DNA of 64,000 nucleotides from Tenacibaculum sp. (lineage in GTDB: Bacteria; Bacteroidota; Bacteroidia; Flavobacteriales; Flavobacteriaceae). The position numbers and the translations under genes were made by a program. Below the pieces are notes generated by a model, which saw only the letters and a program-made list of their open reading frames with translations, was not told where the DNA came from and did not search any database. Below, piece after piece: positions 1 through 9,339 of the stretch; position 1 is the first letter of the stretch; each line of letters starts with the position of its first letter. The stretch is from positions 3,803 to 67,802 of the forward strand of contig JAHDHE010000002.1 of the NCBI GenBank assembly GCA_020631475.1, in the 5' to 3' direction.

Positions 1-355
1 TAAAATAGATGAGCAGCTTAAAACTATTACCTCTCTACAAACTAAAATAGATACTTTAAAAAACGATTTATCTTCATCAATTGAAAAAGAAAATGCTTTT
101 TCTTTTTTAGGCACAACTCTTAACAAAACCACCTACAACACTATTTTATGGAGTGTTATTACTGGTTTATTAATTGGACTTGCATTTTTTATCTATCGCT
201 TTAATAATAGTAACGTAGTTACTAGAGAAACCAAAGATTTATTAGCAGACACAGAGCTAGAGTTTGAGCAATATAAAAAGAATGCTATCGAAAAAGAACA
301 AAAACTACGTAGACAGTTACAAGATGAGATTAACAAACAACGTGGGGTAAGTTAA
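1..355 (+). CDS. Partial (5'-truncated) conserved flavobacterial coiled-coil membrane protein
   Basis: Open frame from nt 2 to TAA at 353-355 (...YNTILWSVITGLLIGLAFFIYRFNNS...EKEQKLRRQLQDEINKQRGVS); one TM helix between coiled coils. Confidence 0.75.
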   Translation, partial: KIDEQLKTITSLQTKIDTLKNDLSSSIEKENAFSFLGTTLNKTTYNTILWSVITGLLIGLAFFIYRFNNSNVVTRETKDLLADTELEFEQYKKNAIEKEQKLRRQLQDEINKQRGVS

Positions 356-382
356 TTTTAATTAGCACCAATACAACAAACA

Positions 383-420
383 AAAAGAGGGCGTCTAAAA
401 TATTTTAGACGCCCTCTTTT
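383..420. terminator. Bidirectional intrinsic terminator
   Basis: Perfect 38-bp palindrome AAAAGAGGGCGTCTAAAAT/ATTTTAGACGCCCTCTTTT between convergent genes. Confidence 0.85.
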
Positions 421-439
421 GTGTGCATAAATTTAACTC

Positions 440-2116
440 TTATGACAACCCTGAAATAACTCCATTATTATCAATACTCATTCCTTCTGATGCAGGAATG
501 GCTGGTAACCCAGGCATACGCATCATTTTTCCTAAAATAGGGATTATGAATTGAGCTCCTGCTGCTATTTCAATTTCACGAACGTTTACAGTAAAACCTT
601 CTGGTTTACCAATTAACTTATCATTATCTGAAAAAGATTTTTGTGTTTTTGCCATACATACAGCAAAATCATTAAAACCTAAACGATCAATTCTACGTAA
701 GTTTAATTCAGCTTTTTTATCATACGTTACACCTATTGCTCCGTAAATTTCTTTAGCAATTGTTTCTATTTTTTCTTTTACAGGGCTTTTCCAATCATAT
801 AATGGTTTAAATTGAGTAGCTTTATTTTCAACTACATCAACTACTGCATTTGCTAAGTTTTTCGTTCCTTCACCTCCTTTTGCCCATCCTTCAGAAACTA
901 CTGCTTTTACCCCTAAGCTAGCACAAGCTTCAATTACAAAATTCACTTCTTCATCAGAATCTGAAATAAATGAATTGATTGCAACTACAGGTTCTATATT
1001 AAACTTACGTATATTTTCAATATGCTTTTCTAAATTCTTAAATCCATTTTGAACACGCTCTACACTTGGTGTATTGTATTCTTCTGATGGAGAACCTCCG
1101 TGATGACGCAACGCTCTAATAGTAGCAACCAACACTACACATTTAGGATTTAATCCTGCATACTGTGATTTTATATTTAAAAATTTCTCAGCTCCTAAAT
1201 CTGCACCAAAACCAGCCTCTGTAACTACATAATTAGATAATGACAATCCCATTTTTGTAGCAATAATTGTATTTGTTCCCTGTGCAATATTTGCAAAAGG
1301 ACCTCCGTGTATAATCGCAGGATTTTCCTCTAAGGTTTGTACTAAATTTGGTTTAATGGCATCTTTTAACAAAATAGCCATTGCATCTTGCGCTTTTAAA
1401 TCACGTGCAAAAACAGGTTTCTTGTCAAAAGTAAATCCAATAAAAATGTTTCCTAAACGTTCTTTTAAATCATCAAAACTAGTAGCCATACAAAGTATTG
1501 CCATTACTTCTGATGCTGGTGTAATATTAAATCCATCTTCTCTAGGAATTCCATTTGCTGTTCCTCCTAAGCCGATAGTTATTTGACGCAGTGCACGATC
1601 ATTCATATCAATCACACGTTTCCATAAAATAGTACGTGGATCGATATTTAAATTATTCGTTTTACTCTGTAAGTTATTATCTATTAAAGCAGATAATAAA
1701 TTGTTTGCTTTTTCTATTGCATTAAAATCTCCTGTAAAATGAAGATTGATATCTTCCATCGGAACAACTTGAGAATATCCACCTCCTGCTGCTCCTCCTT
1801 TTATACCAAAAACTGGTCCCAAAGAAGGTTCTCTCAATACAACTGTAGCTTGTTTACCTACTTTATTCAAACCTTCAGTTAATCCAATAGACACAGTGGT
1901 TTTTCCTTCGCCTGCTGGTGTTGGAGTTAATGCTGTTACCAAAACCAAGTTGTTATTCTTAATTTTCTTATCATCAATCAAGCTTAAAGGTAGTTTTGCT
2001 TTGTACTTACCGTACATTTCTAAATCATCCTCTGTAATATTTAGCTTAGCTGCTATATGCTTTATATGCTTTAAATCTTTTGCTTGAGCAATCTCAATAT
2101 CTGTTAAATACGCCAT
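440..2116 (-). CDS. fhs: Formate--tetrahydrofolate ligase
   Basis: 558 aa; [59 protein letters not shown] motifs. Confidence 0.97.
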   Translation of the reverse strand: MAYLTDIEIAQAKDLKHIKHIAAKLNITEDDLEMYGKYKAKLPLSLIDDKKIKNNNLVLVTALTPTPAGEGKTTVSIGLTEGLNKVGKQATVVLREPSLGPVFGIKGGAAGGGYSQVVPMEDINLHFTGDFNAIEKANNLLSALIDNNLQSKTNNLNIDPRTILWKRVIDMNDRALRQITIGLGGTANGIPREDGFNITPASEVMAILCMATSFDDLKERLGNIFIGFTFDKKPVFARDLKAQDAMAILLKDAIKPNLVQTLEENPAIIHGGPFANIAQGTNTIIATKMGLSLSNYVVTEAGFGADLGAEKFLNIKSQYAGLNPKCVVLVATIRALRHHGGSPSEEYNTPSVERVQNGFKNLEKHIENIRKFNIEPVVAINSFISDSDEEVNFVIEACASLGVKAVVSEGWAKGGEGTKNLANAVVDVVENKATQFKPLYDWKSPVKEKIETIAKEIYGAIGVTYDKKAELNLRRIDRLGFNDFAVCMAKTQKSFSDNDKLIGKPEGFTVNVREIEIAAGAQFIIPILGKMMRMPGLPAIPASEGMSIDNNGVISGLS

Positions 2117-2278
2117 AGCGAATTGTATAAAATTAGGTTGTTTATTATGCTAAAAAATAGCAGGTAAATATACATAATATAATCACTATAAAACCTGACA
2201 TTTATTAGCATTTTACAACTAATCATATACTAACTAGATAAATATCTTAAAAGAATTGTCCAATCTTTTTTGAAATAC

Positions 2279-2286
2279 TATATTTG
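2279..2286 (+). promoter_or_regulatory. Bacteroidetes -7 promoter box for secDF
   Basis: TATATTTG matches TAnnTTTG, 35 nt before the ATG. Confidence 0.6.
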
Positions 2287-2321
2287 CACGTTTTAAAAAA
2301 AGTCGATTTAAATTATTAAAA

Positions 2322-5303
2322 ATGCAAAACAAAGGTCTTATTAAATTATTTGCTGTCCTGTTTGGATTAGTGAGTTTGTACCAATTGTCGTTTACATTTT
2401 TTGCTAATAAAGTAGAAGATAGCGCAAAAGAGTACTCAAAAGAAAACGTTAAAGATAACAACGGTAGAGAGTTAGCTAGATATGAAAGAAAATATCTTGA
2501 TAGCGTAGCAAATAAAGAAGTATTAAATTTAGGAGTTGCTAAATACACTTACGATGATATCAGGGAGAAAGAAATGAACCTTGGTTTAGATTTAAAAGGT
2601 GGTATTAATGCAATTTTACAAGTATCTGTAAAAGATATCTTAATTGGGTTATCTAACAACTCAAAAAACACTGTTTTTACTGAAGCATTAGCAAAAGCTG
2701 ATGAAGCTCAAAAAGATAGTCAAGAAAATTATTTAGATTTATTCTATAACAACTTCGTAGAATTATCTGCAAACAAAGTAAAGTTAAGCGATCCAAGTAT
2801 TTTTGGAACTAAATCGTTACGTGACAAAATCGACTTTAATAAAACTAACGAACAAGTAAAATCGACTTTACAAGAAGAAATTAACACCTCTATTAATACT
2901 GCTTTCGAAGTATTACGTAGTCGTATTGATAAATTTGGTGTTGTTCAACCAAGCATTCAAAGAATTGGAACTTCTGGACGTATTCAAGTAGAATTGCCAG
3001 GAGCTAAAGATATTGATAGAGTTCAAAAATTATTACAAAGTACTGCCGAATTACAGTTTTGGGAAGTATACACAAATGCTGATGTACAAAACTTTTTCTT
3101 TACTGCAAATGCTAAAGTTGCTGAATTATTAAAAGATGACTCAACTACTGAAGTTGCTAAAGATTCGACGAAATCAGATAGTATTGATGATTTATTAGGA
3201 GAATCTTCAGATTCTACGGAAGTAGCTACTCAGAAAAATTTATTTACATATTTATTTCCTAATGTAGCTCAAAATCAACAACAAATAACATCTTTAGTTG
3301 CGCAAGCAAGAGTACAAGATACTGCTAAAGTTAATAGCCTTCTAGCTAATAAAGAAGTTAGAGCTTTATTACCAGCTAACTTAAAATATGTTAAGTTTTT
3401 ATGGGACTACAAAGCAAATCCTAGTACAGACGGAACAAACGATATTATAAGTTTATATGCAATAAAATCTAACAGAAATGACAAACCTTCTATTGACGGT
3501 GATGTAATTGCTGATGCAAAACAAGATTACGATCAAGTAAGTAAACCGATTGTATCTATGACGATGAACGGGATCGGTACTAAAAAATGGTCTAAGCTAA
3601 CTGGAGAAAACATAGGTAAACATGTTGCTATTGTACTAGACAACTATGTTTATACTGCACCAGTTATTAATGGACAATTAGGTAGTAACTCTTCTATTTC
3701 TGGTGGTTCTATGACTGTTAACGAAGCACAAGATATTGCAACAATTTTAAAAGCTGGTAAATTACCTGCTCCTGCAAGAATGATTCAAGCACAAGTTGTT
3801 GGACCATCTTTAGGTCAAGAATCTATTAATGCAAGTATGTGGTCTTTCGGATTAGCTATCTTATTAGTTTTAGGTTGGATGTTCTTATACTATGGTAGAG
3901 CTGGTTTATATGCAAACATCGCATTATTAGTAAACATCTTATTTATTTTCGGATGGTTAGTATCGTTTAACGCAGTATTAACATTACCTGGTATTGCTGG
4001 TATTATCTTAACCATAGGTATGTCGGTAGATGCGAACGTAATTATTTTCGAAAGAATTAAAGAAGCTTTAAGAGGTGGAAAAAGTTTAGCAACTGCAGTT
4101 GATGAAGGATTTAGTTTTAAAGGAGCTTTATCTGCAATTATTGATGCAAACATTACTACTTTCTTAACTGGAGTTATCTTATTTGTATTCGGAACAGGGC
4201 CAATTAAAGGTTTTGCTTATACTTTAATGTTAGGTATTGCTACTTCATTATTTACAGCAATTTTTATTACTCGTTTATTTATTGATGGAGCTGTTAACAA
4301 AGGAACGAAGTTACCTTTTAACACAAACATTTCTAAAAATTGGTTTAACAATATTAATATTGAATTCTTAAAGAAGCGTAAGTTAGCTTACATCATTTCT
4401 GGATTCTTTATTCTTGCAGGATTAGTTTCAATCTTTACTTTAGGATTAAAACAAGGGGTTGACTTTAAAGGAGGTCGTTCGTACGTTGTACGTTTCGATA
4501 AATCTATGAAAGCTAACGAAGTTGCTTCTTCTTTAAAAGATGCTTTTGGTTCTGCTCCTGAAGTTAAAACTTATGGTTCAGATAATCAATTAAAAATTAC
4601 TACTGCTTTTAAAATTGATGAAGAAGGTAGAGAAGTTGATGATCAAGTACAAACTGCATTATATAACGGATTAAAATCTTACATCGGAACAACTTCTTAT
4701 GAAGACTTTAAACCAGGATTTGAAAAAGCAGAAAATGCAAACGGAATTATGAGCTACATGAAAGTAGAGCCAACAATTGCCGATGATATTAAGCAAGCAG
4801 CTTTATGGGCGGTATTAGGTTCTTTACTTGTAGTATTTTTATATATCTTATTACGTTTTAGAAAAATGTCTTACTCTATTGGTGCAGTAGCAGCAGTATT
4901 CCACGATGTATTAGTGGTATTAGGAGTATTCTCAATTTTCTACAAGTTCATGCCTTTTGACATGGAAATTGGTCAATCATTTATTGCAGCAATTTTAACA
5001 GTAGTTGGATACTCGCTGAATGATACCGTAGTAATTTTCGATAGAATTAGAGAATATGCAGCCGAAAGTAAATCTTTAACTGCTGGTTTAGTAGACAAAG
5101 CATTAAGCAGCACATTAGGTAGAACAATCAATACCTCTTTAACTACATTATTAGTAATGTTAGCTATTTTCTTCTTCGGAGGAGATAGTATTAAAGGATT
5201 TATGTTCGCATTAATCGTTGGTGTAGTTGTTGGTACGTATTCATCATTATTCGTAGCAACACCAATTATGTTCGACGCTTCTAAAAAAGAAGACAAGAAA
5301 TAA
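2322..5303 (+). CDS. secDF: Protein translocase subunit SecDF (fused)
   Basis: 993 aa; LGLDLKGG, GMSVDANV, GVDFKGG, GYSLNDTVVIFDRIRE motifs. Confidence 0.97.
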   Translation: MQNKGLIKLFAVLFGLVSLYQLSFTFFANKVEDSAKEYSKENVKDNNGRELARYERKYLDSVANKEVLNLGVAKYTYDDIREKEMNLGLDLKGGINAILQVSVKDILIGLSNNSKNTVFTEALAKADEAQKDSQENYLDLFYNNFVELSANKVKLSDPSIFGTKSLRDKIDFNKTNEQVKSTLQEEINTSINTAFEVLRSRIDKFGVVQPSIQRIGTSGRIQVELPGAKDIDRVQKLLQSTAELQFWEVYTNADVQNFFFTANAKVAELLKDDSTTEVAKDSTKSDSIDDLLGESSDSTEVATQKNLFTYLFPNVAQNQQQITSLVAQARVQDTAKVNSLLANKEVRALLPANLKYVKFLWDYKANPSTDGTNDIISLYAIKSNRNDKPSIDGDVIADAKQDYDQVSKPIVSMTMNGIGTKKWSKLTGENIGKHVAIVLDNYVYTAPVINGQLGSNSSISGGSMTVNEAQDIATILKAGKLPAPARMIQAQVVGPSLGQESINASMWSFGLAILLVLGWMFLYYGRAGLYANIALLVNILFIFGWLVSFNAVLTLPGIAGIILTIGMSVDANVIIFERIKEALRGGKSLATAVDEGFSFKGALSAIIDANITTFLTGVILFVFGTGPIKGFAYTLMLGIATSLFTAIFITRLFIDGAVNKGTKLPFNTNISKNWFNNINIEFLKKRKLAYIISGFFILAGLVSIFTLGLKQGVDFKGGRSYVVRFDKSMKANEVASSLKDAFGSAPEVKTYGSDNQLKITTAFKIDEEGREVDDQVQTALYNGLKSYIGTTSYEDFKPGFEKAENANGIMSYMKVEPTIADDIKQAALWAVLGSLLVVFLYILLRFRKMSYSIGAVAAVFHDVLVVLGVFSIFYKFMPFDMEIGQSFIAAILTVVGYSLNDTVVIFDRIREYAAESKSLTAGLVDKALSSTLGRTINTSLTTLLVMLAIFFFGGDSIKGFMFALIVGVVVGTYSSLFVATPIMFDASKKEDKK

Positions 5304-5322
5304 TAATTAAATAAATATTTCC

Positions 5323-5359
5323 AAAACCGTTTTGAGTTATTATTCAAAACGGTTTTTTT
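5323..5359 (+). terminator. Intrinsic terminator after secDF
   Basis: AAAACCGTTTTGA...TCAAAACGGTTTT hairpin followed by T tract. Confidence 0.75.
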
Positions 5360-5376
5360 AGTTAATATCAAGCAAC

Positions 5377-5384
5377 TATCTTTG
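5377..5384 (+). promoter_or_regulatory. -7 promoter box for hpt-adk
   Basis: TATCTTTG, 7 nt before the ATG at 5392. Confidence 0.6.
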
Positions 5385-5391
5385 CACTCTG

Positions 5392-6510
5392 ATGAAAATT
5401 ACAAAACTTCACGATTTATATTTTAAAGAATTTATTTCTTCTAACGAACTATCTAACATAGTTAAGTCGTTAGCAGAACAAGTAAAAAACGATTTACCAA
5501 AAGATGAAGTTCCTCTTTTTGTAGGAATTTTAAACGGATGTTTTGTTTTTACTGCCGATTTTTTACGTGAGTATAAAGGCGATTGTGAAATGACTTTTGT
5601 AAAGTTAGCTTCCTACGAAGGAACAACATCAACAGAAAATGTAAAAAAACTGATTGGTATCAACGAAGATTTAACAAATCGGACTGTTATCATTTTAGAA
5701 GATATTATAGATACGGGTACAACCTTACAAGAAATCTATGAAATCTTTAAATCAAAAAATATAAAAGAACTTAAAGTAGTAACTCTTTTCTTTAAGCCAG
5801 ATGTATACCGTAAAGAACTACCAATAAATTATATCGGAAAAAGTATTGAAGATAAATTTATTGTTGGTTACGGATTAGATTACAAAGGTTATGGAAGAAA
5901 CTTGCCTGCTATTTACCAATTAACAACACAACCCAAAATGAAAAATATCGTATTATTCGGCCCTCCGGGAGCAGGAAAAGGTACACAAGCTGAAGTATTA
6001 AAAGAAAAGTACAATTTAGTACATATATCTACTGGAGATGTATTCCGCTTTAATATTAAAAACAAAACAGAATTAGGCTTATTAGCTAAAACCTATATGG
6101 ATGACGGAAACTTAGTTCCAGACGAAGTTACCATTAGCATGTTAAAAGCTGAAGTTGAAAGAAATGCTGATGCTGCAGGTTTTATTTTTGATGGTTTTCC
6201 TAGAACAGAATCTCAAGCAGAAGCTTTAGATGCTTTTTTAGCTGAAAAGAACGAACGTATAAACGGAATGGTTGCTTTAGAAGTACCAGAAGATTTATTA
6301 GTTGATCGTTTATTAGAAAGAGGAAAAACGAGTGGTCGTACCGATGATATGGATGAAAGTAAAATCCGTAATCGTTTTAACGAATACAATACTAAAACAG
6401 CCGTTTTAAAAGATTTTTACCAAGCACAAGGTAATTACTACGGTGTAAACGGTGTAGGGTCTATTGAAGAGATCACACAACGCTTATCTGACGTGTTTGA
6501 CACATTATAA
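5392..6510 (+). CDS. adk: Hypoxanthine phosphoribosyltransferase-adenylate kinase fusion
   Basis: N-half has HPRT motifs (IILEDIIDTGTT, FIVGYGLDY); C-half from Met at 5938 has Adk motifs (GPPGAGKGTQ, HISTGD, FDGFPRT). Confidence 0.92.
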   Translation: MKITKLHDLYFKEFISSNELSNIVKSLAEQVKNDLPKDEVPLFVGILNGCFVFTADFLREYKGDCEMTFVKLASYEGTTSTENVKKLIGINEDLTNRTVIILEDIIDTGTTLQEIYEIFKSKNIKELKVVTLFFKPDVYRKELPINYIGKSIEDKFIVGYGLDYKGYGRNLPAIYQLTTQPKMKNIVLFGPPGAGKGTQAEVLKEKYNLVHISTGDVFRFNIKNKTELGLLAKTYMDDGNLVPDEVTISMLKAEVERNADAAGFIFDGFPRTESQAEALDAFLAEKNERINGMVALEVPEDLLVDRLLERGKTSGRTDDMDESKIRNRFNEYNTKTAVLKDFYQAQGNYYGVNGVGSIEEITQRLSDVFDTL

Positions 6511-6516
6511 ATATAT

Positions 6517-6573
6517 AAGGTTAAAGGTAAAGGGTTAAAGTACTTTTACCTAAAGCCCTTAACCTAAAACCCT
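6517..6573. repeat. Heptamer tandem array followed by its inverted array
   Basis: AAGGTTA-AAGGTAA-AGGGTTA ... TTACCTA-AAGCCCT-TAACCTA-AAACCCT, 7-nt period. Confidence 0.65.
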
Positions 6574-6578
6574 AGAGT

Positions 6579-7568
6579 ATGACTGAAGGAAATTTTGTTG
6601 ACTATATAAAAATCTACGCATCTTCTGGTAAAGGAGGACGAGGATCTGCGCATTTACACCGAGAAAAATACATTACTAAAGGTGGACCAGATGGTGGTGA
6701 TGGTGGTCGTGGAGGTCACATCATTTTACGTGGTGACAAAAGTATGTGGACACTTTTCCATTTAAAATTCAAACGTCATTTTAGAGCAGAATCTGGTGGT
6801 GATGGTAGTGCAAGTAGAAGTACTGGTAAAGATGCTGATGATATTATTGTAAACGTACCACTAGGTACTATTATTCGTGATGCAGATACCGATACTATTT
6901 TACATGAAATTACCGAAAACGGACAAGATGTTATCTTATTAGAAGGTGGTAAAGGTGGTTTAGGTAACTGGCACTTTAAATCGTCTACTAACCAAGCACC
7001 TCGTTATGCGCAACCTGGTATTGAAGGTAAAGAAGGTTGGTTTCGTATAGAACTTAAAATATTAGCTGATGTTGGTTTAGTTGGTTTTCCTAATGCAGGT
7101 AAATCTACTTTACTATCTGTAATTACTGCAGCAAAACCAAAAATTGCTGATTATGCTTTTACAACTTTAAAACCAAATTTAGGGATTGTAGAACATCGTA
7201 ATCATCAAAGTTTTGTGGTTGCTGATATTCCTGGAATTATTGAAGGAGCTGCTGAAGGAAAAGGATTAGGACACTACTTCCTACGTCATATCGAGCGTAA
7301 CTCTGCCCTATTATTTTTAATTCCTGCTGATAGCGATGATATTCAGAAAGAATATGATATTCTATTAAACGAATTGAAAAAACACAACCCTGAATTATTA
7401 GATAAAGATCGTTTATTAGCCATTTCTAAATCGGATATGTTAGACGATGAATTAAAAGAAGAAATTAAAGCGGAGTTGCCTAAAGATGTTGAAACATTAT
7501 TTATTTCGTCTGTAGCACAATTAGGTTTACAAGAATTGAAAGATAAATTATGGGGGATGTTAAATTAG
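6579..7568 (+). CDS. obgE: GTPase ObgE/CgtA
   Basis: Gly-rich Obg domain ([12 protein letters not shown]), [18 protein letters not shown]. Confidence 0.97.
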   Translation: MTEGNFVDYIKIYASSGKGGRGSAHLHREKYITKGGPDGGDGGRGGHIILRGDKSMWTLFHLKFKRHFRAESGGDGSASRSTGKDADDIIVNVPLGTIIRDADTDTILHEITENGQDVILLEGGKGGLGNWHFKSSTNQAPRYAQPGIEGKEGWFRIELKILADVGLVGFPNAGKSTLLSVITAAKPKIADYAFTTLKPNLGIVEHRNHQSFVVADIPGIIEGAAEGKGLGHYFLRHIERNSALLFLIPADSDDIQKEYDILLNELKKHNPELLDKDRLLAISKSDMLDDELKEEIKAELPKDVETLFISSVAQLGLQELKDKLWGMLN

Positions 7569-7587
7569 GCATATACCTTTTATTATA

Positions 7588-7619
7588 AAAAATCCCACTT
7601 AATATTAAGTGGGATTTTT
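7588..7619. terminator. Bidirectional intrinsic terminator
   Basis: Perfect palindrome AAAAATCCCACTTAAT/ATTAAGTGGGATTTTT between convergent genes. Confidence 0.85.
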
Positions 7620-7626
7620 ATTTATT

Positions 7627-8466
7627 TTAGTTTTTAAAATCTATTTCTTTTGAGTTCAATAAATCCTGTAGTTCACCAGAAATCTCTATAAAAGGAATGT
7701 CTATTTTTTTATCGCGATGTATATTTATTATCGTTGATATACTTTTAAAATATTCACCATAATTTAACTTTGATTTTGTAATAATAAAATAAAGATCTAG
7801 ATCTTTCATTAAATCATAAATTTTTTCTGTATTTGAAAGTTTTACTTTATTGTCGCCAATTTTTAATTTCTTACCATTAAGAAATTCTACTTTTTTATAT
7901 TTTAATTCTTTTAATTTAGATTTTACATATTCAAAGTTTTTAGCATATAACTTATTTTCTAGTACTTTTATAGGATGCTCTCTAATACCTGGAAAATTGA
8001 TTACAACAACTTCGTCTTTTTTATTTGTCTCTTTTATTGAATTTTTAATATAACTTAATGAACCTTGGTTTTTTAAACCCAAGCCACTTGTTATATTATG
8101 TACACTATTAGTTCTATAAAAAATAGTAGATACTTTAGCGCTACTAATTTCAGATTTTACTTTATCTATGGTAGAGTAGTTAGTTTTTTTATCTGCTAGT
8201 AACAAGACCTTTAACCATGGTATATTTTCTACTTGTAAACTTTTCTTAAATAAAAAAATACTATTACCTAAGTCTCTTATATTAATTAAACTATCTTTTA
8301 AATAAACATTATTTTTCTTATCTACATAAACCTCTAATAACGGAGTTACATAATTCTAGCTATATTTTATTTCAAAATTTTTACTCTTTGGCAATTGAAT
8401 GCTCTGTATTTGCGCCTTACAAACACTGTTTATAAATAACAGTAAAATGACTGTAGCTATTTTCAT
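7627..8466 (-). pseudogene. Exported ExbD/TolR-like protein interrupted by one in-frame TAG
   Basis: ATG at 8466 (MKIATVILLLFINSVCKAQ signal peptide) is in frame with ORF 7627-8205; single TAG at 8356-8358; segment VLLLADKKTNYSTIDKVK resembles the ExbD periplasmic motif. Confidence 0.65.
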
Positions 8467-8598
8467 TATTTAAGAGGGTATTTTAATTCTTCAATTGGTA
8501 TAAACTTTATTCCTTTAAAATTCACTTTTTCTATAGCTTCTTTTAATTTTTCAGAAACGTAATAACTACTTTTTAAATTCGATTTATAAATATCGATT
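8466..8598 (-). pseudogene. Orphan C-terminal remnant of an immunity protein (Imm11/DUF1629-like)
   Basis: DIYKSNLKSSYYVSEKLKEAIEKVNFKGIKFIPIE resembles the 'VSE.LK..IE.....GI.F' tail of these families; no convincing N-terminus. Confidence 0.5.
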
Positions 8599-9336
8599 TT
8601 ATTCATACGCATATATATTAATAGCTTCACAATCATGTTCATTACCATATATCATTAAAGGTTTTTCAATTTCAATTCCATTAAATTCTTTTATTCCTAT
8701 TTGGTCAAAAGCTTTATGAAGTAAAAGATAAGTTTTGAATTTTAATGAATTTAATAAATATTGATATAATTCTGTACTCCAAACAATATCATAGATATCC
8801 AATTCTTCTAAGATGTCATTAATTGTTATTAATTCTTTCCACATTTTTCTATAGTCAATCTTTCCTAATCCATTATATAATTCTTCTTGATAATTAAATT
8901 CAAAATATTCTGGATTCTTCAAAATCGGATAGTTTCCTTTCCCAAATCCACAAAAATATGCATAGGGTTCATAGTTATATTCCAAAAATATTATTTGATT
9001 TTTAAGGTCTTTATTATCAATACTAACTATATTTTTTATCTCTTGAATAGAATTAAGGATATCTATTTTGAATTCTGCTACAATCTCCTTTTCATCAAAT
9101 TCCATTTTTTTTATTTTATCGAAGGCTAAAATCAATCTAGGATTTTTTTTGGCATCATTAATCTTTTTTACCTCATTAGAAGCGTTGTAGAGATTCGTTA
9201 TTGTTCCATCAAGATTAATCTGGTATGGATTTTCGTTTACTAATTTATCAAACATTCCTTCTAGTGAACTATTTTGAAGGTTATTTAAATTAGTCTCTAA
9301 TAAACCTTGAAGGTTATTTTTTATTTCATCGTTCAT
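8599..9336 (-). CDS. Hypothetical protein, probable cognate immunity protein
   Basis: 245 aa, acidic, no signal peptide; starts 3 nt after the toxin stop. Confidence 0.6.
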   Translation of the reverse strand: MNDEIKNNLQGLLETNLNNLQNSSLEGMFDKLVNENPYQINLDGTITNLYNASNEVKKINDAKKNPRLILAFDKIKKMEFDEKEIVAEFKIDILNSIQEIKNIVSIDNKDLKNQIIFLEYNYEPYAYFCGFGKGNYPILKNPEYFEFNYQEELYNGLGKIDYRKMWKELITINDILEELDIYDIVWSTELYQYLLNSLKFKTYLLLHKAFDQIGIKEFNGIEIEKPLMIYGNEHDCEAINIYAYE

Positions 9337-9339
9337 TTT

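Noticed and set aside
383-420. Perfect 38-bp palindrome (and a 32-bp one at 7588-7619) as mobile-element ends
   Set aside because: Both lie between convergent genes with A/T tails, share no sequence with each other or with the REP family, and are explained as bidirectional terminators.
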